DNA from: Thiothrix winogradskyi
GTDB taxonomy: Bacteria; Pseudomonadota; Gammaproteobacteria; Thiotrichales; Thiotrichaceae
Direction: 5' to 3'
Assembly: GCF_021650935.1 (NCBI RefSeq)
Contig: NZ_CP091244.1
Coordinates: forward strand, 3,305,230-3,337,229
Length of the DNA: 32,000 nucleotides
Numbering within the stretch: the first letter of the stretch is position 1; every line of letters starts with the position of its first letter. Made by a program: the position numbers and the translations under genes. Shown here one piece after another: positions 6,330-14,760 of this stretch. A model generated the notes under the pieces. It was given only the letters and a program-made list of their open reading frames with translations, did not search any database and was not told the origin of the DNA.

Positions 6330-6671
6330 TTATAACCGCATGACTTTTTGCTTTAACAAGTCTTTTAACGCCGTTAACTCATTTACTAATTTTGGAATGC
6401 TATAGTTAAAGGCTTCATTCTTTTTTGATTCAGTGGATAGCCATAATTTTAATAAGCCGACTACCCGCCCCATATCCCCATTGATCTTAGCCATTTCGAT
6501 AATGGCTTGTGCATCCAACGTGGATTTAGGGGTGTAGCTGAGTGCCATCCGGCGCATGAATTCTGGCACGGACAAGGAGCAGGTTGCTGCTAGGGCGGCA
6601 ATCTCTTCCCGTTCCTCTGGTGTCACGCGCACCATGACCAATACTGTTTTCTTTCTGGTTTCTGAACCCAT
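6330..6671 (-). CDS. MobC-family / TraJ-position relaxosome accessory protein (113 aa)
   Basis: VRVTPEEREEIAALAATCSLSVPEFMRRMAL is the characteristic MobC (RHH-like) N-terminal motif. The gene diverges from traK across the candidate oriT. Confidence 0.75.
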   Translation of the reverse strand: MGSETRKKTVLVMVRVTPEEREEIAALAATCSLSVPEFMRRMALSYTPKSTLDAQAIIEMAKINGDMGRVVGLLKLWLSTESKKNEAFNYSIPKLVNELTALKDLLKQKVMRL

Positions 6672-6746
6672 TGCCGCTCCCTGCCTGTGGCGCTCACTCC
6701 CGCTAGGGCAAGATCGTTGAGCCGCAGGCGAATAAGTTACCTAGTA

Positions 6747-6795
6747 TTTGCTGTGCCGTCACTTGTGGCGGTATAGCAAATACACATCTTGCCAT
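6747..6795 (+). other. Candidate IncP-type oriT core (inverted repeat plus nic-like site)
   Basis: An imperfect inverted repeat TTTGCTGTGCCG...CGGTATAGCAAA (6747-6780, 10/12) is followed 5 nt later by CATCTTGC (6785-6792). The IncP/MOBP nic consensus is YATCCTG|Y, so there is one mismatch. The position between the traJ-like and traK genes matches RP4. Confidence 0.4.
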
Positions 6796-6901
6796 CTCTG
6801 TATGGCAGTAATATTTCGTATAGATAACGGATATTTTTCGGAATTTGAAATGGTTTCCGATGTTCTGGAAAAATCTAGCATCAGTACAGTTAGTTACATT
6901 A

Positions 6902-7891
6902 ACCTGAGTTCGGGATAAGGTAAGGCGCAGCCTTTCATGGGAGAATGTGAGTAACCACACACAACATTGACCCCACCAAAGGCTGCTACTGAGATGCTAA
7001 CACGGTTATTCTGTGCCATTGACGATTTTTGTCAGGACTTTCATCCCGAATGGAACAAAACGTTATTGACCCCGAAAGGCGGGCATCGTCGTCGCCACAG
7101 TGGTCTTGGCGATAGTGAAATCATGACGATTTTGGTGCATTACCACCAAGTGGGGTATCGTACTTTCAAGTGGTATTATGAGCGTCATGTCAAAGTATTT
7201 CTTAAGGGTCATTTCCCGCAACTCCCTAGTTATCAACGTTTTATTGAGTTAATGCCGCGTGTTCTTTTGCCACTAACCCTGTTTATGCAGCAACGCTGTG
7301 AAACGGGGCGAGGTATTGCCTTCATAGACTCTACCCCTTGAAAGTCTGTGAAAATTTGCGTATTCCACGTCATCACACCTTTCGCAAAGACGCAGGCGGG
7401 GTAAATCGTCAACAGGCTGGTTTTATGGGTTCAAACTTCATTTGGTCGTGGATGACTGCGGCAATATTTTATCGTTTGCCATTACTTCGGGTAATACCGA
7501 TGACCGTAAGCCCGTTCCCACGTTGCTGAAAAAAGTGGTCGGCAAAGTCTTTGGTGATCGTGGCTACATTTCCAAGGCATTGACAGAATCGTTGGCAGAG
7601 CAAGGGGTTGAATGGATTACCTCGCTGAAGAAAAACATGAAACCCGTGGCGCGTGACACGTTCGATACACTGATGTTGCGTAAACGGAGCATCATCGAAA
7701 CCATCAATGATCAGTTGAAAAATATTTCACAAATTGAGCATTCACGCCACCGTTCACTCACTAACTATATGATTAACATCATTGCTGGCTTGGTGTCATA
7801 TGCCTATCAAGATAAAAAACCAGCACTGGATTTAAAAACATCAGCATTGGTTGTGATCTAAATTGAGGGATGGCTTATCCCGAACTCAGGT
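6902..7891 (+). mobile_element. IS982-family insertion sequence (990 bp)
   Basis: The terminal inverted repeats are perfect over 18 bp: ACCTGAGTTCGGGATAAG (6902-6919) and its reverse complement (7874-7891). A 7-bp target-site duplication TACATTA flanks the element (6895-6901 and 7892-7898). Confidence 0.9.
6994..7861 (+). pseudogene. IS982-family DDE transposase interrupted by two frameshifts
   Basis: Three ORF pieces join into one IS982-like protein: (1) MLTRLFCAIDDFC...FIDSTP; (2) LKVCENLRIPRHHTFRKDAG; (3) RGKSSTGWFYGFKLHLVVDDCGN...DRGY...IETINDQLK. The frame changes at about 7338 (CCCCTTG) and about 7397 (GGCGGGG), each equivalent to one missing base. Confidence 0.8.
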
Positions 7892-8056
7892 TACATTACT
7901 AATCCAGTTCGGAACACTACAAAACAGAATAAACCCATTTAAAACCAAATTTTCCGTTTATTATCCAGTACCTTCCATAAATTCTATTGATGACTTACAA
8001 AGTAAGTAGTAGGCTAGATTCCATCAAACCCATGAATACAAAAAAAGAGGCATCCA

Positions 8057-8527
8057 ATGTCCTTGGTGGACGAAATTAAGCAAGAAGACAAACAGTCGTC
8101 ATCTGCCCATAAAATAAAAGGGCATGGTAAGCGCTTGTTTATCGCTCACAAAGAGGAAATCAAAGCGGCTTTGGATGAGGGGTATTCTATAAAACGCATC
8201 TGGGAGCATCTTTACGCCAAAGGAAAAATCTTTATCAAGTACAGCGGATTTGCAACGTATGTGTACCAATACATAACGGCAAAAGAAGAACATGCACTTG
8301 ATCAGCCACATCGAGAATTAAAGAACTCCATTGCCGATAGAACTACTTTGGAAAAGGAAAAGCCGCTTTCCGTTAATACCAATGTTCATGAAGGTGCTAT
8401 AGCCAAACAGGAAAGATTGCCTCGCGGGGTTGGTGTTAACTCCCCGATCAATGCAGAAGCAGAAGATGCAAGGAAAAATAAAAAGTGGCGCAGCAATGAC
8501 AAGCCAGAAAAAGAATCTCTCGTTTAA
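8057..8527 (+). CDS. traK: TraK-like oriT-binding protein (IncP leader operon)
   Basis: IKAALDEGYSIKRIWEHLYAKGKIFIKYSGFATYVYQYI parallels RP4 TraK (AALASGYALVTIWEHMRETGKVKFSYETFRSHARRHI, recalled from memory). It is followed by traL and traM as in RP4. Confidence 0.7.
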   Translation: MSLVDEIKQEDKQSSSAHKIKGHGKRLFIAHKEEIKAALDEGYSIKRIWEHLYAKGKIFIKYSGFATYVYQYITAKEEHALDQPHRELKNSIADRTTLEKEKPLSVNTNVHEGAIAKQERLPRGVGVNSPINAEAEDARKNKKWRSNDKPEKESLV

Positions 8528-8555
8528 CATTTTACAATATCCTTAAGGTCAACAC

Positions 8556-9308
8556 ATGAATACTACGGTACATTTTATATTGCAGGGCAAAGGCGGAGTA
8601 GGGAAAAGCCTTATAGCCTCCTTACTAACACAACATCGTATCGACTCCGGCTGCAACACTCTCCCAGTTGATACCGACCCAGTTAATAAAACATTGGCAG
8701 CTTATAAATCACTTAATGTTCACGAGATACACCTACTTGCTAAAGATAGCACCAACATTGATCAGTCAAAATTTGACAAACTAATTGAGCTTATACTTGA
8801 ACATGAGGGTTATGAAATAATTGTTGATAACGGCGCTTCAAGCTTTATTCCTTTGTCAAGCTACTTGGTCGAAAATGATGTTATAAACATACTGCATGAT
8901 AATGGAGTGAGGATTGTTGTCCATGTCATTATCTCCGGCGAATCTAATCTATTAACTACGTTGCAAGGCTTCAAGGAGATTTCCGAACAATTCCCCGTAG
9001 AAACAGACATTATTGTTTGGCTGAATCATTATCACGGTGAAATAATAGCAAACGGCAAGCCATTCGAGGAAATGAAGGCATATCAAGACAATAAACATCG
9101 GGTCTTTGGGATTGTCACATTACCTAAACAGCCAGATTTGTTTGAGCGGGATATTAGCACCATGCAAACCGAACGATTAACCTTTGACGAGGTTGCAGGC
9201 TTTAAAGATGGCTCCATTTTCGGAATCATGAATAAAAGCCGGATTCATCGCTTCAGAAAGCAAGTATTTTCCCAGCTTTCCGTTATCTTTGGTGGGACGA
9301 GTGGTTAA
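8556..9308 (+). CDS. traL: TraL-like ParA/MinD-type P-loop protein (IncP leader operon)
   Basis: ILQGKGGVGKS...VDTDPVNKTLAAYKSLNV...DNGASSFIPLSSYL...ERLTFDE matches the RP4 TraL blocks. Confidence 0.85.
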   Translation: MNTTVHFILQGKGGVGKSLIASLLTQHRIDSGCNTLPVDTDPVNKTLAAYKSLNVHEIHLLAKDSTNIDQSKFDKLIELILEHEGYEIIVDNGASSFIPLSSYLVENDVINILHDNGVRIVVHVIISGESNLLTTLQGFKEISEQFPVETDIIVWLNHYHGEIIANGKPFEEMKAYQDNKHRVFGIVTLPKQPDLFERDISTMQTERLTFDEVAGFKDGSIFGIMNKSRIHRFRKQVFSQLSVIFGGTSG

Positions 9309-9310
9309 TT

Positions 9311-9736
9311 ATGCAAATTGATAAAAAAGCAATGATTTCTGATTTAGCAAGCAAACATGGCATTATGTTGACAGAAAAAGACCCGGTTTTTTCCATATTG
9401 GCTATTCATGACATTATAATAAATCAGTATCAAAACATTATTTTTCAAACATTGGATGGGTTGCAGGTTAATTTGGATGAGATTGCAGAACGGCAGCAGC
9501 AGGCTACGCGCTTGGCGGGTGAGCGCTTGGCAATCCAAACGCTGAACGCCTTGAAGGTAGAACACGGGGGGATTCAGCAGCGCTTTGAGGATATGTTGGT
9601 TAAGGAACGGCAGTCTTATCTAATTGCGCTGGATGATAAGGTTCAGTTACTCCAAAAATGGGGCTGGGTGAATCTTGGTGCTGCGATGTTGAGTGTTGCG
9701 AGTTTGTTGGTGACGGTGGTGGTGTTGGCTGGTTGA
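9311..9736 (+). CDS. traM: TraM-position protein (141 aa, C-terminal TM helix)
   Basis: The assignment rests on its size and on its position immediately after traL (3-nt gap). It has a coiled-coil region and a C-terminal hydrophobic helix. No diagnostic motif was recognised. Confidence 0.5.
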   Translation: MQIDKKAMISDLASKHGIMLTEKDPVFSILAIHDIIINQYQNIIFQTLDGLQVNLDEIAERQQQATRLAGERLAIQTLNALKVEHGGIQQRFEDMLVKERQSYLIALDDKVQLLQKWGWVNLGAAMLSVASLLVTVVVLAG

Positions 9737-9828
9737 ACTTAACCCATCGTAAATTTGAAATTGATAAAAGTGGCGATCATCTCATTAATTTTCCAGATTC
9801 CCGCATTTTTAAATAAACAAGGATTTTT

Positions 9829-10614
9829 ATGAATACCTCAAAAATATTACCTATTTACTTTTCAGTAGCTTTATCGTTAAGCGCTTTGCCATTACATTCC
9901 TATGCTGCTGGTGGTGGAGTTAGTGCCTTGACTGGTGCTAAAGAATGGACTCAGTTGGCGAATAACGCCGAGTTGATTGCTATTTATGGGCAGGAAGCGA
10001 AAAACTTGCTGGAGTCCATCAAGCAAACAGAAACCATGTTAACAAATTTAAAGACATTGCCGGATTTTGCAAAAACTGGCTTGAAAGCGGATGTCATGAA
10101 ATTACAGGCTATTGTCCAAGCTGGCAACGCTTTAAGTTATGCAGCAGCAAATATTGAAGGCGATTTTAATACCGCTTTTAAAGGGGCATTTGGTTATGAC
10201 GCTCCGATGACTCGTCAGGAATGGGTTGATCAGCACCAATCCCTTACTATGACTACACAAGATACAGTGCTTGCATCCCTGAAAGCGGCGAACTTGCAGA
10301 ATTCAATGTTTGATAGTGAGGCGGCATTGCTTGAAGGTCTTGAGGGGCAACTCTCTAGTGCCGAAGGTACAAACGAAATTTTGCAAGCGGCTGGCGGCAT
10401 TGCGGCGCAACAGGTGGCGAGCCTGAACAAGATGCGCCAGTTGACTGCTAGTAATATGCAAATGCAGGCGGCAAAAATTGCGGCGGACGAGGATCGGCAG
10501 GCGGCAGCACTCGCTGAAGAGGAGCGTTTTAAAGGGCGGACGGGAGCGGGGAATAAAATCACTGTTGATCCTAATAATGCTGAACGGGTAGTACCAACGT
10601 TCCAATTCAAATAA
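9829..10614 (+). CDS. trbJ: TrbJ/VirB5-type conjugative transfer protein (261 aa)
   Basis: It has a signal peptide (…LHSYAAGG). The motif GAKEWTQLANNAELIAIYGQEAKNLLESIKQTETMLTNL is typical of P-type TrbJ. It directly precedes trbL. Confidence 0.75.
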   Translation: MNTSKILPIYFSVALSLSALPLHSYAAGGGVSALTGAKEWTQLANNAELIAIYGQEAKNLLESIKQTETMLTNLKTLPDFAKTGLKADVMKLQAIVQAGNALSYAAANIEGDFNTAFKGAFGYDAPMTRQEWVDQHQSLTMTTQDTVLASLKAANLQNSMFDSEAALLEGLEGQLSSAEGTNEILQAAGGIAAQQVASLNKMRQLTASNMQMQAAKIAADEDRQAAALAEEERFKGRTGAGNKITVDPNNAERVVPTFQFK

Positions 10615-10634
10615 AACCCACATAGGCTCTAACA

Positions 10635-12938
10635 ATGACAATGAAAATAAAAAATATCGTGATTTTGTTGGTATTGACCAGCAGCATATGGGTACTGCCC
10701 TCAATTGGTTTTGCTGCTGATCTTGTGGCGACAGTCAATGACCTACAAAACAGTTTTTATGACGCTGTTTCAAATTGGGTAGGGCCTTTGCAACAGGTGG
10801 CGGGGTGGTTGTTGGTAACGTTAGCGACCATCTCATTTATTTGGCAGGCTAGTTTTATGCTGCTGCGGGGTACTGACATTCAGGAATTAACGGTTGAACT
10901 GGTTCGTATGATTCTATTTGCGGGCTTTTTCTATTGGCTGATCCAGAATGCGCCCGACCTTACCAGCAGATTGATCAATGGTTGGATTTGGCTGGCTGGA
11001 GAGGCAGGAGGTTCTTCTGTATCACCCAACATTAGCCAAATACTGGCGCGGGGTGTCGATCTCGCGGGCACAATGTACGAGGTCAGTTCGGGATTCACGG
11101 TCATAGTGGCGGGTATCTTGGGTGTTATTATTGTTGTTTTATACGTGCTGATCGCTGCCAAGGCATTTTTGGTTACTCTGGAAATGTATACCGTCACGGC
11201 TGCTGGAGTCATTCTGTTGGGGTTTGGCGGTAATCAATGGACTGGGGATTACGCAAAACGTTACATCACCTACACAATGGCAACGGGAATGAAACTGTTT
11301 GTCATGTATTTGATTGTAGCGACCGGCGAGAATTTCATTAATTCGTGGGCAGCAGATAGCAAACCTGAAACATTTAACGATATGTTATCGGTGGTTGGTG
11401 TCGTGTTATTGATGTTGGTTCTGGTGTGGCAACTGCCAGATACAGTACAGGGATTGTTGTCAGGCGCAAGCCTTGGCAAAACAGAGCAGCAAGGTTCTGC
11501 TGCTGTTATGAGTTCATTCGGACAGACTGGTTCAGCCGCCGCATCGGTGGCAAGCGGTTCTGTTGGAGCTGAATTAGCAATCCGCGAGGCGCTGAAAAAC
11601 TCTGAGGGAATGCCGGGGAGCAGTTCTGGCTACCAATACAAAGCCGCCAACGCAATGAGCAATCTAGCCAATGCGGGTGCTGAGGTGCTGGGTAATCGGA
11701 TTATGGGTGACTTCAACGCTTCCAGCGGCGGCATGATGGCTTCAATGGCGCAACACATGCGCCAGCAACGTACCGGCGGTAGTGGTTTGTACGGCGGTAC
11801 GTCGTCGGGTAATGACCATATTGGTGGGTCTGCGACGGGTGGCAGTTTTGGGGCGGGTGATCCTACTACAAAACAAGGAACAGGGCCGGAAGAGGCTGAA
11901 AATGCTTCCCATGATTTTGGTGGTGATGGTGACGCAGGTGGTTCTGAGGCTGGGGCGGGTGCTGCTTCTTGGGATACGTCTAAGGTTGGCGGTAAAGAGC
12001 ATGAGTTTGGGGCGGATGATGGCGGTTCGTGGTCTTGGGATGCGTCCGGGGTAGCGGCTGCGGGTGGTGCGGGTGAGTCTGATAACCCGGCAACTCGCTA
12101 CCGTTCGCCTGCGGTGGATTTAACGCGGGGCGGTGTGCCGAGTTTTGGTGGTGGTGCTGAAAGTTCTACTGCAAAAAGTGAATCTGGGGTAGCGCCTACG
12201 TCTGCTGCTAGTGGTATTGCTGGCGGTATGGTGGGTAGTGGCAATATGGCTTCTGGTGTTGCGGCTTCTTCGCCTTCGGCTGCGTCTAGTGCTGATGAAC
12301 AAGTCTCTACTGCAAAAGGAATGACGGGTGCGGATCAAAGCGCAGGGACTTCCAATTCTTCAGGCGGCAATTCATCCAATGCTATTGGGTCAATGGTTGG
12401 GGCTGACAACATGACTTCTTCTATGGGTTCTTCCATTGGTGCTGATGCACAAGGTTCTACTACAAAAGGAATCATGGAGGTGGCGGCTGTTTCGCCTTCG
12501 GCTTCTTCATCGGTTGCGTCTAGTGCTGATGCACAAGTTTCTACTGCAAAAAGTGAATCGGTTTCTGTGGGGAATACGTCATCTGGCTCTGGTGCTGCTC
12601 CTGTTAGTTCGGCGGGGTATTTGCGTTCTGAGAGTGGGGCATCTGGCGGTTCCATGAATCAAGTACCTACTGTTAGTGCTGCTCAAAGTGTTACAGCAAG
12701 CCCTGATTTGGCGGGGACTGTGGTTGGTTCCAGCGTGGTTCAGGCTGCTACTGTTGGTGGGTTGGGTGAGCCTTCAGTGGTTTCAAGTACCATTGGTGGT
12801 AGCATGGTGGGTGCTGACAACATGGCTTCTGGTGTTGATCAAAGTTCCCTACAAACGGATGCCGAAACTTCGGACGATCCTGCAACGCGCTACCGTTCGC
12901 CTGCCGTCGATTTGACTAAGAGCAAGACGAACAGTTAG
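10635..12938 (+). CDS. trbL: TrbL/VirB6-type polytopic membrane protein with ~480-aa repetitive G/S/A-rich tail (767 aa)
   Basis: The N-terminal ~290 aa have a signal sequence and multiple TM helices with the TrbL-like block ELVRMILFAGFFYWLIQNAPDL. The C-terminal part is low-complexity with internal repeats. Confidence 0.8.
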   Translation: MTMKIKNIVILLVLTSSIWVLPSIGFAADLVATVNDLQNSFYDAVSNWVGPLQQVAGWLLVTLATISFIWQASFMLLRGTDIQELTVELVRMILFAGFFYWLIQNAPDLTSRLINGWIWLAGEAGGSSVSPNISQILARGVDLAGTMYEVSSGFTVIVAGILGVIIVVLYVLIAAKAFLVTLEMYTVTAAGVILLGFGGNQWTGDYAKRYITYTMATGMKLFVMYLIVATGENFINSWAADSKPETFNDMLSVVGVVLLMLVLVWQLPDTVQGLLSGASLGKTEQQGSAAVMSSFGQTGSAAASVASGSVGAELAIREALKNSEGMPGSSSGYQYKAANAMSNLANAGAEVLGNRIMGDFNASSGGMMASMAQHMRQQRTGGSGLYGGTSSGNDHIGGSATGGSFGAGDPTTKQGTGPEEAENASHDFGGDGDAGGSEAGAGAASWDTSKVGGKEHEFGADDGGSWSWDASGVAAAGGAGESDNPATRYRSPAVDLTRGGVPSFGGGAESSTAKSESGVAPTSAASGIAGGMVGSGNMASGVAASSPSAASSADEQVSTAKGMTGADQSAGTSNSSGGNSSNAIGSMVGADNMTSSMGSSIGADAQGSTTKGIMEVAAVSPSASSSVASSADAQVSTAKSESVSVGNTSSGSGAAPVSSAGYLRSESGASGGSMNQVPTVSAAQSVTASPDLAGTVVGSSVVQAATVGGLGEPSVVSSTIGGSMVGADNMASGVDQSSLQTDAETSDDPATRYRSPAVDLTKSKTNS

Positions 12939-13039
12939 AAAAAAACATTATAAATAAGTCATTATTTACACAAACATGATTATTAAAATCTAAACCAATC
13001 GGCTTGCATACTTGCATGAATCTTTCCAATACAGTGAAA

Positions 13040-13217
13040 CACTTCCTGCACGCGCAAAACTGACAAAATTAAAATAATCATGCACTTAATTATTCTGGCG
13101 TGTAGGAAATGCAGGAAGTTTGCAGGAAGTTTTTCCTACACGTTTAAAATTAATAACTTAGCATGTAACAATCAATGACTTACAAGCGTTTTTTGCCGTG
13201 TAGGAAATGCAGGAAGT
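13040..13217. repeat. Array of TGCAGGAAGT-type 11-bp units with an embedded 44-nt hairpin
   Basis: CGTGTAGGAAA (13099-13109) and TTTCCTACACG (13132-13142) are perfect inverted repeats around two tandem TGCAGGAAGTT units. CGTGTAGGAAATGCAGGAAGT recurs at 13197-13217. A reverse-orientation copy, ACTTCCTGCA, is at 13041-13050. Confidence 0.65.
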
Positions 13218-13267
13218 GTAGAGGGATGGAGGGGGGAGAGGGAGAAATCAGAGGGGATAATTTGAGG

Positions 13268-13297
13268 GAAAAAACCGGGTAAATCATCCCGGCTTAA
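13268..13297 (-). terminator. Weak Rho-independent terminator downstream of the P4-type integrase
   Basis: The minus strand reads CCGGG-atgattta-CCCGG followed by TTTTTT. The stem is only 5 bp. Confidence 0.35.
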
Positions 13298-13329
13298 TGG
13301 GTTATTTTAACGGAATTAAATAGCGAGTT

Positions 13330-14604
13330 TTACTTATTGTTTTTAATTTCTGGATTGCGCAAGCCGTCGAGATAATCCGCCCACGCTTGCAGCATTTCAC
13401 GCCGTTGCCGGATAGCGTCTGGACTATCCGCCCGATTGTATGCGCCCCTGACTGTTCCATCAGTGTGTGCAAGCTGTTGCTCTATCAAGTCATCATCCCA
13501 CAGCCGCTTACCCATTGGGTCGGTCATGCGATTAAGCAGCGTTGATGCCATGCCCCGGAATCCGTGCGGGGTCATGGTGTCGTTGTCATAGCCCATCGTG
13601 CGTAGTGCTGCCCTGATGCCATTGTCTGAGAGTGGCTTGCTTGCGCCGCGCTCACTAGGGAACACGTAGCGGAATCGCCCGGAATACGGTTGTATCTCCC
13701 GGAATACTTCCACGGCTTGACGGGGTAGCGGTACGGTGTGGGTTGATCGGTTCTCTTGCTTAATGTGTGTGGGTGCTTTCATCTTGGCAATCGGGATACG
13801 CCAGACAGCCGCGTCTAGGTCTATGTCTGCCCATTCCGCCGCCCGAACATTGCCGGGGCGTAACATCACCAAAGGGGACAATTTCAAGGCGCATCTAACG
13901 ACAAACGTACCTTGATAGCCGTCTATATCACGCAACAGTTGCCCGACCTGCACCGGGTCGGTAATCGCGGCATAGTGCTTCTTACTGCGGGGTTTCAGAA
14001 TCACTGAGGTGTCAATATCCGCCGCCGGGTTACGTTCTGCCAGTTCCAGCGTGACCGCGTAACGGTAGACCTGCTGAATGTATTGCTTAACCCGCCGTGC
14101 AGCATCACCAGCGCCGCGTTCTTCCACGCGCATAATCACCCTGATTATATTGGTAGGAGTAATCGCGTTTATGTTCAGGCTACCCATGAAGGGGAATACA
14201 TCCCGCTCTAAGTAGCTGATCGTGCGGGTTGTGTGGCTTTCCGACCACTGCGGTTTCATCCTCAAAAACCATTCACGCGCTATGGATTCAAAGCTATGCG
14301 CTTCAATGTCGGCTTGTGATGCCTTCACCGACTTTCGATGCTCTGAGGGGTCAACATCACGCGCCAGCAATGCCCGTGCCTCTCGGTGGCGTTCTCGTGC
14401 CTCTGCCAGCTTGATTTCAGGGTACGTGCCGATCACTAGCGTATTGCGCTTGCCGGTAGCAGGTCGGGTGTAATCGTAACGCCAGCCTTTCGCCTCTTTG
14501 CTCACCCAAAGGTATAAACCGCCGCCATCGGTGTACTTGGCTGTCTTGCCGTCTGGTTTCGGTTTGGCGTTGCGTACTGCGGTATCGGTCAAGCGGGTTT
14601 TCAC
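13330..14604 (-). CDS. int: P4-type (DUF4102 arm-binding domain) tyrosine integrase
   Basis: The N-terminus LTDTAVRNAKPKPDGKTAKYTDGGGLYLWVSKEAKGWRYDY is typical of P4-family integrases. The C-terminus has HGFRGMAST ... LAHTDGTVRGAYNR (His-x-x-Arg, His, Tyr). The likely start is GTG 14604, with a GGAG 8 nt upstream. The ORF track extends to a TTG at 14628. Confidence 0.9.
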   Translation of the reverse strand: MKTRLTDTAVRNAKPKPDGKTAKYTDGGGLYLWVSKEAKGWRYDYTRPATGKRNTLVIGTYPEIKLAEARERHREARALLARDVDPSEHRKSVKASQADIEAHSFESIAREWFLRMKPQWSESHTTRTISYLERDVFPFMGSLNINAITPTNIIRVIMRVEERGAGDAARRVKQYIQQVYRYAVTLELAERNPAADIDTSVILKPRSKKHYAAITDPVQVGQLLRDIDGYQGTFVVRCALKLSPLVMLRPGNVRAAEWADIDLDAAVWRIPIAKMKAPTHIKQENRSTHTVPLPRQAVEVFREIQPYSGRFRYVFPSERGASKPLSDNGIRAALRTMGYDNDTMTPHGFRGMASTLLNRMTDPMGKRLWDDDLIEQQLAHTDGTVRGAYNRADSPDAIRQRREMLQAWADYLDGLRNPEIKNNK

Positions 14605-14760
14605 GGTATCGACTCCATTGGGATGCAAAATGCCGTACAGAATACCGTAAAAAATGTGGGCTGGTATGGTTCTAGTGGTACTGCATGGGAAAGTAAGGGC
14701 AGTGAATGCCGTTACTTTTCATGAATTTAAGCACCGTATGGCACTCATGGAACTAATGAT

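Noticed and set aside
6703-6960. 85-aa minus-strand ORF
   Set aside because: It crosses the left boundary of the IS982 element (6902), so it is a chimeric chance ORF.
7338-7529. 63-aa ORF as an independent gene
   Set aside because: Its first ~20 residues are the middle segment of the frameshifted IS982 transposase. The remainder is out-of-frame read-through.
10230-12915. Antisense or alternative-frame ORFs within trbJ/trbL (e.g. 10303-10704, 12335-12655)
   Set aside because: They arise from the repetitive GC-rich tail and the opposite strand of recognisable T4SS genes.
12990-13083. 32-aa hydrophobic minus-strand peptide (MIILILSVLRVQEVF...) as a type I toxin candidate
   Set aside because: It is too short, with no ribosome-binding site and no antisense RNA evidence visible. 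It is indistinguishable from chance in AT-rich spacer.
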